This document shows, piece after piece, positions 11,147 through 23,460 of a stretch of 64,000 bases of DNA (position 1 is the first letter of the stretch; each line of letters starts with the position of its first letter). The stretch spans positions 2,903 through 66,902 of the forward strand of contig CAZTRG010000149.1 of the NCBI GenBank assembly GCA_964615885.1, read 5' to 3'. Both the position numbers and the translations under genes were made by a program. The DNA is from an uncultured Planctomycetia bacterium (lineage in GTDB: Bacteria > Planctomycetota > UBA8108). The notes under the pieces are model-generated. The model had not been told where the DNA came from. It saw only the letters and a program-made list of their open reading frames with translations, and did not search any database.

Positions 11147-12049
11147 TCAAGACCAGTAGTGGAGGAGGCACCAGAATACGAACCCACTGAAAATAAAGCT
11201 GTCGATCATGTCCAGAACCCCCCCGAACTCCGGCAGTAGAGACCCGGAATCCTTGACGCCGTAAATTCGTTTCAAGAGGGATTCGCTCAGATCACCGATA
11301 GCGGCACTGAAAGCGAGAATTATCCCAAAGCCAATTGCAGGTAGCCATCCAAATTTAAGATCCGCCACATAGCCTGAATCCGCAGCCAGGGCGAACCAGG
11401 CTCCAACCAGCACAAAACCCGCCAGGAAACCCTCTAAGGTCTTATTGGGGCTTACCTTAAGAAATTTAACACGGCCAATAGTCGAGCCCACAACGTAGCC
11501 ACCGATATCCGTCAGTTTCACTCCAAAAACAAAAACTGCCCCGGTCAGCACATCTTCTGACCTGCAGTAAATCCTGATCAAAAAAGAGAAAAACAAGCCG
11601 CAAAGAACAGCCCCCAGGACTGTGCTGGCAATCTTCCCGGCCCCATCGGCAAAATCACTGCGAAATAAAACCACCAGGAAGGACAGCAGCACCAGTGCAA
11701 AGACACCGGCGATCACCAGCTCCAGTTCCTGCTCACCGGCGCCGGGAACGAAACCTCCTGCCCCCCAGTCCCAGCAGGCCAGGGCGAGAAACCATGCGGT
11801 TGCCAGGAAGCCCGGCAGAGACTGCAGCGACAGCGATCTCCCGGTTGCCATCTTTGAATACTCGAGGTACCCCACCAGCCCCATGAGAACCAGTATGGCG
11901 GAGCCGGCCAGTCTTTGCTCCAGCCACGCATCGAGGGCCAGGACCCCGGCGACCAGCAGCACCAGGACAATCCCCAGAAGATAACGAACCTGTTTAGCGC
12001 CCAAGCAGTTCCCTCCCGGAGACCTCTCTCCCCGATGCCGCTCTGTCAT
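11147..12049 (-). CDS. cdsA: Phosphatidate cytidylyltransferase (CDP-diglyceride synthetase)
   Basis: Multi-TM protein with the CdsA C-terminal signature KRIYGVKDSGSLLPEFGGVLDMIDS. Confidence 0.8.
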   Translation of the reverse strand: MTERHRGERSPGGNCLGAKQVRYLLGIVLVLLVAGVLALDAWLEQRLAGSAILVLMGLVGYLEYSKMATGRSLSLQSLPGFLATAWFLALACWDWGAGGFVPGAGEQELELVIAGVFALVLLSFLVVLFRSDFADGAGKIASTVLGAVLCGLFFSFLIRIYCRSEDVLTGAVFVFGVKLTDIGGYVVGSTIGRVKFLKVSPNKTLEGFLAGFVLVGAWFALAADSGYVADLKFGWLPAIGFGIILAFSAAIGDLSESLLKRIYGVKDSGSLLPEFGGVLDMIDSFIFSGFVFWCLLHYWS

Positions 12050-12102
12050 TCAAACCAGCAGGGTCTTTCATGCCTGCCACATCCGGTAAACCATGATCCA
12101 GT

Positions 12103-12876
12103 TCAGATCCCGCCGGAGCCTGGTGATCTCTCACGGGAAGCTCCATCCACGACCGCGCCGTATTTTCGATCACGACTGACATAAGCTTCAACCGCCTGCT
12201 CGAGATGCTCAACGTCAAAATCCGGCCACAGCTCGTCGGTGATCCACAGCTCACTGTAAGATGACTGCCAGAGGAGAAAATTCGACAGCCTGTATTCTCC
12301 GGCTGTTCGAATCACCAGGTCGGGATCCTGCATCTGCGGATCACCCAGGTAGGCAGCAAAGGAATCCTCTGTCAATTCCTCGAGGCAATCGGGATCCATT
12401 CTTCCCTCCTTGACCTCCCTGCAGATCCTGCGGACCGCGTTAAGGATCTCCTGCCGGGACCCGTAATTGAGCGCCAGCCGCATCACCATCCGGTCATTAC
12501 CCGCGCTCAGGCTCCGGGTCTCCTCCAGGGTCTCCTGGACATCCGCAGGAAGGGAGCTGACATCTCCAATGGTCGTAAGCCGGATACCGTTCTCCATCAA
12601 CACAGGACGTTCCCTGATGAGGTAGGTCTTCAGGAGCTTCATCAGGAAACGAACCTCCGCCGAAGGACGCCGGAGGTAATTCTCTGTAGAGAGGGCGAAA
12701 AAGGTCGTCTCGCTGACCCCCAGCTCACGGCAACGGGTCGTAATCCTTCTCAAGGCGCCCGCGCCCTCCTCGTAACCCCGTCTCCTGAGAAGCCCCCTGG
12801 TCCGCGCCCAGCGCCCATTGCCATCCATGATAAAAGCAATGTGGGCAGGAAGCTGTTGCGGGGAAAAGGCTGCCAA
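12103..12876 (-). CDS. uppS: Undecaprenyl diphosphate synthase
   Basis: HIAFIMDGNGRWA and RTxGEYRLSNFLLWQ motifs. Confidence 0.85.
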   Translation of the reverse strand: MAAFSPQQLPAHIAFIMDGNGRWARTRGLLRRRGYEEGAGALRRITTRCRELGVSETTFFALSTENYLRRPSAEVRFLMKLLKTYLIRERPVLMENGIRLTTIGDVSSLPADVQETLEETRSLSAGNDRMVMRLALNYGSRQEILNAVRRICREVKEGRMDPDCLEELTEDSFAAYLGDPQMQDPDLVIRTAGEYRLSNFLLWQSSYSELWITDELWPDFDVEHLEQAVEAYVSRDRKYGAVVDGASRERSPGSGGI

Positions 12877-12878
12877 GA

Positions 12879-15447
<2,569 letters not shown>

Positions 15448-15560
15448 ATGACTACTCCAACTCTCTTCCTCAGTTCCCCATTATCTGGGCTGAGCACTTT
15501 TTTTCCACGGCTTTTGACCCCCCAGGGGCCGAACCACCTAGATCATTCCGCAGCGAACTC

Positions 15561-16847
15561 TCACTTCGGACCTATATATTCCTTGCCTCCCATATAGGAT
15601 TGCAAGACCTCAGGGATCCTGACCCTCCCATCAGCTTCCTGGTTAATTTCAAGAATGGAGATCAGGATCCTCGGACTGGCGATAGCTGTATTGTTCAAGG
15701 TGTGACAGAAATGCACCTTGCCGTCCTCGTCACGGTAGCGGAGGTCAAGACGCCTCGACTGGAAGTCATGGAAGCGAGAGGCGCTGTGGGTCTCTCCATA
15801 GCTCTCACGCGAGGGCATCCAGGTCTCGATATCGAATTTCTGTATCTGCGGCTGGCCAAGGTCTCCTCCACAGACATTGACCACCCGGTAGGGAAGCCCG
15901 AGGGCCTGGACGACTTCCTCCGCATTGGCCAGGATGAAATTGTGCTGCTTAAGCGATTCTTCATCATCGTTTCGACAGACCACGACCTGCTCGACCTTGT
16001 TGAACTGGTGAATCCGGTAGAGCCCCCTGGTATCTCTCCCCGCCGCTCCTGCCTCCCTGCGGTAACAGGTCGAGTAGCCCGCGTAGAGCATCGGCAGGTC
16101 TGATTCGGCAAGAATCTCTCCGCTGTGATAGGCCGTCACCGGGACCTCGGATGTACCGATCAGGTATTTCTGGTCTCTCTCGCAGGCGTAAGCCTGCTCT
16201 TCACCACCCGGGAAATAGGCCGTACCTACCATGGGTTCACGGCGCACCAGGGTGGGCACCAGCATCGGAGAGAAGCCCTTCTCTACCAGGTGGTTGAGAG
16301 TGAACTGGAGCACCGCGAGCTCAAGCAAGGCACCCTCATTCTTGAGAATGTAGGTCCTGGAGCCTGCCAGCTTGGCGGCCCCCTTCATGTCAATCAGGTC
16401 CAGCTCTTCGCCGAGCTCCAGGTGGTCCTTGATGGGAAAATCAAACTGCGGAACCTCTCCCCATTCTCGCACGAGAACATTGTCTTCATCTGTTTCCCCA
16501 TCGGGAACCTCGGGCGCCGGAAGATTAGGCACAACCAGCATCTGCGTCTCGAGTTCCTCCTCGAGTGGGCCTAGTTCCTTTTCATAGGCCTTGATGCGCC
16601 CGGCGATCTCTCCCATCTCGGCAATCATCGCCTGTTTCTCGTCGCCCTCCAGGGTGGCAATTTCCTTGCCGACCTTTTTCTGGGCAGCGCGAAGCTCTTC
16701 GCTCTCGAAGAGAAGCTTCTTCCTCTTCTCATCGAGAGCGAGAATACGGTCAACCGCCTCATCACAGGGGATGTGCTTCTTGCGGCCACCCGCTTTGACC
16801 AGATCCGGACTCTCTCGAAGAATATTTATGTTGAGCATGGAACCCAA
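15561..16847 (-). CDS. serS: Seryl-tRNA synthetase
   Basis: N-terminal coiled-coil arm and class II core motifs (FNKVEQVVVC..., RFHDFQSRRLDLRYR). Confidence 0.9.
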   Translation of the reverse strand: MGSMLNINILRESPDLVKAGGRKKHIPCDEAVDRILALDEKRKKLLFESEELRAAQKKVGKEIATLEGDEKQAMIAEMGEIAGRIKAYEKELGPLEEELETQMLVVPNLPAPEVPDGETDEDNVLVREWGEVPQFDFPIKDHLELGEELDLIDMKGAAKLAGSRTYILKNEGALLELAVLQFTLNHLVEKGFSPMLVPTLVRREPMVGTAYFPGGEEQAYACERDQKYLIGTSEVPVTAYHSGEILAESDLPMLYAGYSTCYRREAGAAGRDTRGLYRIHQFNKVEQVVVCRNDDEESLKQHNFILANAEEVVQALGLPYRVVNVCGGDLGQPQIQKFDIETWMPSRESYGETHSASRFHDFQSRRLDLRYRDEDGKVHFCHTLNNTAIASPRILISILEINQEADGRVRIPEVLQSYMGGKEYIGPK

Positions 16848-17202
16848 AAAAATCGCCGACAGTTAAGCCGTCGCGCATTTTTGCATTGCAGCCCCGGATT
16901 GCAAGGAGGAAAGTCCGAACGAAACGCTATCTGCAGCTCCGGAAAATCCACCGGGTCTCCCCAGCCCCGGCCTGCACCACTTTCTTTTTCCCCATTAATT
17001 TCTTAAAGGCCTCCTGATCGGGACCTACAATGTCCTACCGAGTTGGCAAGGAGAGGGTTGAGCCGGCCGGGAAGCAGAGCCCGCCGGAGGCTCTCTGAGA
17101 GAAATAAAAAGAGAAAACATTTCATTCGAAGACATCCTGCCGCCGGCGGCCCTGTGCTGCCGGGAAGAAAAACGGGCCGGGGCCTTCGAGGGAGATTGAT
17201 TT

Positions 17203-18033
17203 TTGTTGATGGAATCAAGGGTCAGATCGTTTGAAGCCCGGCGGCGTCGTGCTGCGGGCACCCTCCTCGAAGACGGATCGCAGACCGGCTCCTCCGGCAG
17301 CGGACGCCCGCAGGACTGCCAGGAGGCCTTCGTCGAAGAGATCGGCCTGTTCCTTTCAGAATCAATCGGCCGCGAAGAGCTCCACGACAGGACCCTCGAT
17401 CACCTTCGCCGGCGTCACCTGCCGGGAGCCGGGGGCGACCTCGCTCCTGCGGCCAGTACCGCCCTGGGCTTGACAGCCCTGCTTACCAGTCCGGCCCTCA
17501 ACACCGGGAGCGAAGGGCTCCGCCGGGGGCTGCAGCGTATGAGCCGGGCAGCCGGCTGCCGGCATCCCCTCCCCGTAGGCGAATTGCTGCAGCTTGCAGC
17601 GGAAGCCCACGGTCCTCTCGGGCTCTCGGTGCAGAAGGCTCCTTCGCAGAACAGAAATGAGAACCTGATTCAGTGGGCTGACCTCGCCCTGGAAAACCCC
17701 TCAGCGGGTTTCCGGCTGATACCAGTCTCCGTCTTTACCCGCAGCTTCTTTCACGGAGAGGTCCTGTGCAGCGCCTGCACAGACCCTGGAGTTGACCTTT
17801 CACGCTACCACCGTGAAAACGACAAGGCGCCCACTCTCAAAGAAGAACATCCCGGGCTCTCCGGACACCCGCGCTTCGAATATTATGTCGATGAAGCCGG
17901 GCTTTCCGAGATCGTCCTCGATTCAGAACACCTTGGCTGCTCAGAGCTCCTCCTCGCCGGCCGGCTGTTCGCTTTCTACAGCGGCCTCGAAGATCTCACC
18001 CTTGAAGGTATTCCCATCACAAGCTGCCGATGA
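17203..18033 (+). CDS. Hypothetical protein
   Basis: 276-aa ORF with an RBS-like context. 4-nt overlap with the downstream transglutaminase-like gene. No family recognised. Confidence 0.4.
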   Translation: MLMESRVRSFEARRRRAAGTLLEDGSQTGSSGSGRPQDCQEAFVEEIGLFLSESIGREELHDRTLDHLRRRHLPGAGGDLAPAASTALGLTALLTSPALNTGSEGLRRGLQRMSRAAGCRHPLPVGELLQLAAEAHGPLGLSVQKAPSQNRNENLIQWADLALENPSAGFRLIPVSVFTRSFFHGEVLCSACTDPGVDLSRYHRENDKAPTLKEEHPGLSGHPRFEYYVDEAGLSEIVLDSEHLGCSELLLAGRLFAFYSGLEDLTLEGIPITSCR

Positions 18034-19532
18034 GACCGCACACGCCCTTCAAGCTCCCGGACAGCCTGGCAAACCGCCTCCTTTCCAGCTTCCTGGCAGC
18101 CTGCGTGCTGGTGGCCTGCCCCGGTGGCTGGCTCCCGGCTGAAGACACCAAGACAGCCCGCCAGGGCGATGAATGGCACATGGTCCATCTGCAGGGCAAG
18201 CCGGCAGGCTACAGCCTCCTGCGAAAGCTGGAAGGGGAAAATGGCGAGCTCGAGACCGTCTCCTTCACCAGGATCACGATGAAACGCGGCACTCAAAAAA
18301 CCACGGTAGAGGAACGCCTCGAGATACGAGAAGACGCAGCTGGAAAGATTCTCGGATTCAGAAAAGAAGAAAAAAAAGCGCAGCAGGCCGTCACTACAGT
18401 CGGAAAGAGGGTCTCCGCCGACCGGATGGAGCTCGAGGTCAGCTCCGGAAATTCCCCGGCCCGCAAACAGGTGATCCCCTTCAACCCTGCAACACGGGGC
18501 TTCCAGCACACCACGAAAAAAATCAGCTCGGCGCTGAAGAAAAAAGGCGACCGGGTGGAGGTGGTTATCTTCATGTCGGACCTCTCACGCTGCATCCGGC
18601 AGGTCAGCACCCTGCAGGCACGCGAGGGAAAGCTCCGGCGCATCGAGAGCCGGCTGGAGCTGGCCCCCGGCAACAGCCTGGTGCTCCTGGAGTGGATCAA
18701 CGACGAGGGGCAATCGGTCAGGAGCAGCATGCCCTATCTCGGGATGGAGACCGTGCTCTCGAGCAGGGAAAAAATCGTGGCGACCGACTTCAGCTCACCA
18801 CCGGAGATCTTTTTCTCGAGCGGGATCCCACTTGGGCGCTTCCTCGGCTGGAAACGTGAGGAGATCCTCTACAAGCTCAGTCTCCGGGACAGCAAGCAGC
18901 CGGTTCGCCTGACAGACTCCGGCGCAGCCGGACACAAGCTCACCGCCACCAAGGAAGAGGGCTCCTGGCATTTGAGGGTACAGACCGTCCGCCAGGATGC
19001 GGCCCGCGACCTGCCCCTCAGCCCCACCCCCGCGCTGAAGCTCTACCTCTCCTCGACGGCCTATATCCAGTCCGACGATGCCCGGATCATCGAGCTTACA
19101 AAAAAGGCTGCCGGGAATAAAAAGAACAGCCTCGAGGTTGCCCGGATACTGGAAAAATGGGTCTACAATTACATCCGTAAAAAGGACCTCGGCACCGCCT
19201 TCGCCACCGCCAAAGAGGTTCTCGAGACCCGCCAGGGAGACTGCACCGAACACGCCGTTCTGCTGGCCGCCATGTGCCGGGCAGCAGGAATCCCCTCACG
19301 CGTCGTCGCCGGCCTGGTTTACTACCGCAAGAGCTTCGTTGGACATATGTGGACAGAAGTCTATACCGGCAAGTGGGTCCCACTCGATGCAACGATTGGA
19401 AAAGGAAAGGTCGAGGCCGACCACATCGCCCTGTCTGTATCAGCCCTCGACAACACCTCCATCTCTGAAATATTCATCGGGCTCCTGCCTTTTCTCGGCA
19501 ATATGAAAATTGAGGTCCTGGAAACAAGGTGA
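18030..19532 (+). CDS. Transglutaminase-like domain lipoprotein
   Basis: Lipobox-like LVACPGG near the N-terminus. Transglutaminase-like cysteine-protease core (RQGDCTEHAVLLAAMCRAAGIPSRVVAG). Confidence 0.7.
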   Translation: MRPHTPFKLPDSLANRLLSSFLAACVLVACPGGWLPAEDTKTARQGDEWHMVHLQGKPAGYSLLRKLEGENGELETVSFTRITMKRGTQKTTVEERLEIREDAAGKILGFRKEEKKAQQAVTTVGKRVSADRMELEVSSGNSPARKQVIPFNPATRGFQHTTKKISSALKKKGDRVEVVIFMSDLSRCIRQVSTLQAREGKLRRIESRLELAPGNSLVLLEWINDEGQSVRSSMPYLGMETVLSSREKIVATDFSSPPEIFFSSGIPLGRFLGWKREEILYKLSLRDSKQPVRLTDSGAAGHKLTATKEEGSWHLRVQTVRQDAARDLPLSPTPALKLYLSSTAYIQSDDARIIELTKKAAGNKKNSLEVARILEKWVYNYIRKKDLGTAFATAKEVLETRQGDCTEHAVLLAAMCRAAGIPSRVVAGLVYYRKSFVGHMWTEVYTGKWVPLDATIGKGKVEADHIALSVSALDNTSISEIFIGLLPFLGNMKIEVLETR

Positions 19533-20620
19533 GCGAGGAGAGAGCCGAACTTTCCAGCTCGCTGGACGATTACGATTACCCGCTCCCGGCGGAACTGATC
19601 GCACAGCACCCTGCCCGGCAGCGCTCAGCCTCGAGGCTCCTCGTCCTTGACCGCTCCGCCCCCGGGCTCGAGCACAGAACCTTCAGCGACCTCCCCGGCT
19701 ACCTGCAGGCAGGAGACGTGCTGGTGCTCAACGAGACCCGGGTTCTTCCCGCACGACTGAGAGCGAAAAAAGAGAGTGGCGGAAAGGTCGAGCTTCTCCT
19801 GCTGGAGCCTGTGGAGCTGGAGGGAGAGCAGGCCTGGCAGGTTCTCCTCAAGCCGGGAAAGGCCTTCGCCGAGGGCCGCACCCTGCAGCTGGAAAAAGAT
19901 CCGGAAACCGGGGTCAGGTGCCTCGCGCGCAAGGACCAGTCCTTTCTCGTCTCCTTCGTTCGTGCAGGGCAGGAGCTGGACCCCGCCGGGGTCAGATCGC
20001 TGGCAGAGAAAACCGGGGAGATTCCCCTGCCACCCTACATCTGCCGTGAACCAGGGGAGCGTGAATCGCCCCACGACAGCGAGCGCTACCAGACGGTGTA
20101 TGCAAAGGTGCCGGGATCCTCAGCCGCTCCGACCGCGGGGCTGCACCTGGATCCTGAAGCCCTCAACCGGCTGGAATCAGCCGGGGTAGAAATTCTCCGG
20201 CTCACCCTTCATATTGGCCTCGACACCTTCAAGCCCCTCAGCCAGGAGGCTCTCGATTCAGGGAGGCTCCACGGGGAGCGGGTGGAGGTGCCCTCGCAAA
20301 CAGCAGCCAAGCTTCTCGATGCCCGCCGGGAGAACAGGAGGATCATCGCAGTGGGAACCACCACGGTACGCGCGCTGGAGAGCTTCGCTGAGAGTGGATT
20401 CGAGACTCCCTTCAACCAGCGAACCCACCTTTTCATTCGCCCACCCTGGGAATTCAGGCTCGTCGATGGACTCATCACCAATTTTCACCTGCCCCGCAGC
20501 AGCCTGTTGATGCTCGTCAGCAGCCTCACGGGACGAGAACGCCTCCTTGCTGCCTACAGGGAGGCGGTTGAGCAGAAGTACCGCTTCTTCAGCTACGGCG
20601 ATGCGATGCTCATTGTCTGA
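19529..20620 (+). CDS. queA: S-adenosylmethionine:tRNA ribosyltransferase-isomerase
   Basis: LDDYDYPLPAELIAQHPARQR...LLVL N-terminus and full-length QueA conservation. Confidence 0.9.
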   Translation: MSEERAELSSSLDDYDYPLPAELIAQHPARQRSASRLLVLDRSAPGLEHRTFSDLPGYLQAGDVLVLNETRVLPARLRAKKESGGKVELLLLEPVELEGEQAWQVLLKPGKAFAEGRTLQLEKDPETGVRCLARKDQSFLVSFVRAGQELDPAGVRSLAEKTGEIPLPPYICREPGERESPHDSERYQTVYAKVPGSSAAPTAGLHLDPEALNRLESAGVEILRLTLHIGLDTFKPLSQEALDSGRLHGERVEVPSQTAAKLLDARRENRRIIAVGTTTVRALESFAESGFETPFNQRTHLFIRPPWEFRLVDGLITNFHLPRSSLLMLVSSLTGRERLLAAYREAVEQKYRFFSYGDAMLIV

Positions 20621-20623
20621 GCC

Positions 20624-21343
20624 ATGACAGAAAAAAAAACATCTTCCGCCGACCGTCAAAAAGCCCTGGCACTCAACTGCTGGTATTGCGGAAACAGCCT
20701 GAACCTCGACTACCTGCTGAGGGACGGAATCCTGCGGACCCGGCGGGAGCGGGAGGGTGGCCCCTACCGCATGTACTCCTGCACCTTCTGTAACCGGCGA
20801 AACCAATGTGAAAAAACCCGGCAGGGACGCTGGTTCAGCTCTCCGGACTCCCACCCGATGCTGCTGGACTACATCCTGGGAAAGTTTATCGGGCAGCCCC
20901 AGGACTTCATCAAAACCGTGAGCTGGTACGCGGCAAACGAGGAGAGGCGGCGCTACTATTTTGAACACGATGGGGACTACCGCTACAGCGGCGGCCTGGT
21001 CAAGAGGCTTCTGAAGGCAATGCTCTTCCGCGGCCGGAAAAAACCCGGAAAAGCTTCCGGCGCCCACAAGCAGGAGGAGAAAAAACAGGGCGCCGGGCAA
21101 GAGAGCAGGAGAGAGCGGGCCCAGCCACCACCCCGGCAGCCGAAGCTCATCGGGCCCTGGACAATCCTCGGGGTCGAGCAGAATGCAAGCCAGGCTGAAA
21201 TCCGCCGTGCATTCCACAAGCTGGCTGTCCAATACCATCCCGACAAAGTTCACCATATGGGAGAAGACTTCCAGAAAATCGCCCACGAGAAATTCACCGA
21301 GCTGCAGGAAGCCTACGAGAGAATGGCCGGTAAGCCCTCCTGA
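20624..21343 (+). CDS. J-domain protein with N-terminal CxxC Zn-ribbon and C-terminal J domain
   Basis: CWYCG...CTFCNRRNQC zinc ribbon, Lys/Arg-rich middle, C-terminal J domain with HPD (AVQYHPDKV). Confidence 0.7.
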   Translation: MTEKKTSSADRQKALALNCWYCGNSLNLDYLLRDGILRTRREREGGPYRMYSCTFCNRRNQCEKTRQGRWFSSPDSHPMLLDYILGKFIGQPQDFIKTVSWYAANEERRRYYFEHDGDYRYSGGLVKRLLKAMLFRGRKKPGKASGAHKQEEKKQGAGQESRRERAQPPPRQPKLIGPWTILGVEQNASQAEIRRAFHKLAVQYHPDKVHHMGEDFQKIAHEKFTELQEAYERMAGKPS

Positions 21344-21442
21344 ACCTTGATGAAGTGGCAGGATATTTCTGGACCTTGATGCTCCCTGCCGCTAAAGATC
21401 TCTACTCAGCAAGAACCAGTTTCACAGAAGGAGACAAGGCAA

Positions 21443-22420
21443 ATGCCTTCCCCAATCACTGTTGCCGTAACAGGCGGAGCCGGCCAGATCGGTTACAGCC
21501 TGCTTTTTTCAATCGCACGAGGTGCCATCTTCGGCCCGGACCAGCCGGTTCGCCTGAAGGTTCTCGAGATTCCGCCCGCCATGAAGGTCGTCGAGGGAGT
21601 CGCCCTCGAGCTGGAAGACTGCGCCTTCGGGCTGCTGGAGGGGCTTGAGCTCAGCGATGATCCCGACGCCGCTCTCTGCGATGCGAACTGGGCGCTGCTG
21701 GTAGGATCAAAACCCCGCGGGCCGGGGATGGAACGTGGCGACCTGATCAGGGAAAATGGCCCCATCTTCGTAAGCCAGGGCAAGGCCCTGCAAAAGGCAG
21801 CCCCTGACATCCGGGTACTTGTTATCGGCAATCCCTGCAATACCAACTGCCTGATTGCACGGCGCAACGCTCCGGATGTTCCTGACGATCGCTGGTTCGC
21901 CATGACACGCCTTGACCACAACCGGGCTGTGAGCCAGCTGGCTGTAAAGGCCGGCGTCGATGTCAGCGCAGTCGAACGGGTCACGATCTGGGGGAACCAC
22001 AGTGCCACCCAGTATCCTGATTACCACCACGCACTCATCTCCGGAAACCCGGCGGCTGAGGTGATCGATGACGAGCAGTGGCTCCAGGAGGACTTCATCA
22101 GCCGGGTACAGAAACGGGGAGCGGAGGTGATCGAGGCGCGGGGGAAATCTTCAGCCGCCTCGGCAGCCAGCGCTATCTGTGACCATGTTCGAACCTTCCA
22201 TAATGGGACTGCGGAGAACGACTGGACCTCGGCCGCCGTCGTCTCTGATGGAAGCTATGGAATTACAGAAGGCCTTATCGCCTCCTTCCCGATCCAGGCG
22301 ACCTCTTCCGGCTGGGAGATCGTACAGGGCCTGGAGACCAACGATTTTTCCCGTGCCCGAATTGACACCAGTGTCAGTGAGCTCGAGCAGGAACGGGACG
22401 TGGTCTCCGATCTGCTGTGA
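21443..22420 (+). CDS. mdh: Malate dehydrogenase (LDH-like type 2 / cytosolic-type)
   Basis: [16 protein letters not shown] Rossmann motif, IWGNHS catalytic region, 325 aa. Confidence 0.9.
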   Translation: MPSPITVAVTGGAGQIGYSLLFSIARGAIFGPDQPVRLKVLEIPPAMKVVEGVALELEDCAFGLLEGLELSDDPDAALCDANWALLVGSKPRGPGMERGDLIRENGPIFVSQGKALQKAAPDIRVLVIGNPCNTNCLIARRNAPDVPDDRWFAMTRLDHNRAVSQLAVKAGVDVSAVERVTIWGNHSATQYPDYHHALISGNPAAEVIDDEQWLQEDFISRVQKRGAEVIEARGKSSAASAASAICDHVRTFHNGTAENDWTSAAVVSDGSYGITEGLIASFPIQATSSGWEIVQGLETNDFSRARIDTSVSELEQERDVVSDLL

Positions 22421-23457
22421 TCAGTTTCCTTGGCCTCGATTTTCAATCCGACAGGGTAAAAACCCTCTCTCTCGGGCGCGACCTCAGCGTCGCTGCAAGA
22501 GCCGATGCAGCCATCGCCGGAGGAGTCGAAGATGCCGGCACCGGGGTCCTGTCCATCCCCGCTGCCGAATGGCTTCGAGCCGGAGGCTTTGCGCTCCAGG
22601 AGCTCTACAGCAGCCTGCCGGTAGACTCCCGCAAGATCTGGGGCATTGGCCTCAGTGGACCAGACGGCTGGGTGGCTCTCGACCCGGATTTTGAAGCCCT
22701 CAGCGATGTACGCCTGCTTCCAGGCACCAGGATCCTGGACGATCTCCGGCAGTGGCTCAGTGAAAACCCCCGCATGGAGAACCGGGTGTCCCTCCTCCTC
22801 TCACCCAGGGATTTCTTCCGTTTCAGGATGTGCGGATCGATGGCCACCGATGCAACCAGTGTCTCTTCCATGGACCTGTTCTGCCGAGAGCGCTGTGACT
22901 GGGACCGGAAAAAGCTGGCTGCCTCAGGGCTGCCTGAAAAATGGTTCCCCCCGGTATTTCGAAGCTCAGCCCCCACCGGAAGGCTCAACAAGGACGGCAT
23001 GCGCGAGTGCGGCCTTCCCGGCAGTCTCTGGCTCGTGGCCGGGGCCACATCGCAAATGGCAGCCATGATCCCCAGCGGCGACCTGCGCTCGAAAAAAATC
23101 TGGGCTCCTGGTGAGGGCGAGGAAGCTGTCTACGCCATCGGCCACCAACGGGACCATCCCGACCCCCTTGTTCCGGAAGGTTACCTGCTGGGCAGCTCAG
23201 CCATTGATGAGCACCTCGTGCTCCTGCGGCAAGAAACGGATCCCGGGAGCCCGGCCGCTGCAGAGGTGCAGGCAGAGCTTGAGAGCTGCTCCTATGCGGT
23301 TGCAGATACCAACACGACGAGGGCAGACCCCGAGCTCGGAGCTGCCGTACTGGCGGCATTCGGGTCGGGCCTCATTAACTCATGGGATCGTTATTACGGC
23401 CAGCTCGCCCATGAGAATCAAGCCGGGGAGGACCTTCCCCCCAACCCGGCAGATTGA
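22417..23457 (+). CDS. FGGY-family carbohydrate kinase-like protein (divergent N-terminal phosphate motif)
   Basis: [11 protein letters not shown] resembles the FGGY LGIDxGTxxxK motif but lacks the Gly-Thr. A further actin-fold ATPase-like block ([13 protein letters not shown]). Confidence 0.4.
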   Translation: MISFLGLDFQSDRVKTLSLGRDLSVAARADAAIAGGVEDAGTGVLSIPAAEWLRAGGFALQELYSSLPVDSRKIWGIGLSGPDGWVALDPDFEALSDVRLLPGTRILDDLRQWLSENPRMENRVSLLLSPRDFFRFRMCGSMATDATSVSSMDLFCRERCDWDRKKLAASGLPEKWFPPVFRSSAPTGRLNKDGMRECGLPGSLWLVAGATSQMAAMIPSGDLRSKKIWAPGEGEEAVYAIGHQRDHPDPLVPEGYLLGSSAIDEHLVLLRQETDPGSPAAAEVQAELESCSYAVADTNTTRADPELGAAVLAAFGSGLINSWDRYYGQLAHENQAGEDLPPNPAD

Positions 23458-23460
23458 CGA

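Noticed and set aside
16848-17202. 355-nt intergenic region between divergent serS and a hypothetical gene containing GGAGGAAAGTCCGAAC, reminiscent of the RNase P RNA P4 strand (GGAAAGUCCGGGC). Also checked for a T-box leader for serS.
   Set aside because: No other RNase P conserved blocks (GGUGCGGUAAGAGCGCACC, ACAGAACCCGGCUUA) on either strand. No T-box consensus (AATTAGGGTGGTACCGCG or its complement). Treated as an ordinary divergent promoter region.
20258-21286. 342-aa antisense ORF spanning queA and the J-domain gene.
   Set aside because: Lies opposite two well-supported genes, with low-complexity composition. A high-GC antisense artefact. The same reasoning applies to the other long antisense ORFs: 1036..1776, 2983..3756, 4530..5186, 34740..35531, 48122..48937, 49216..50133, 57615..59192 and 42426..43127.
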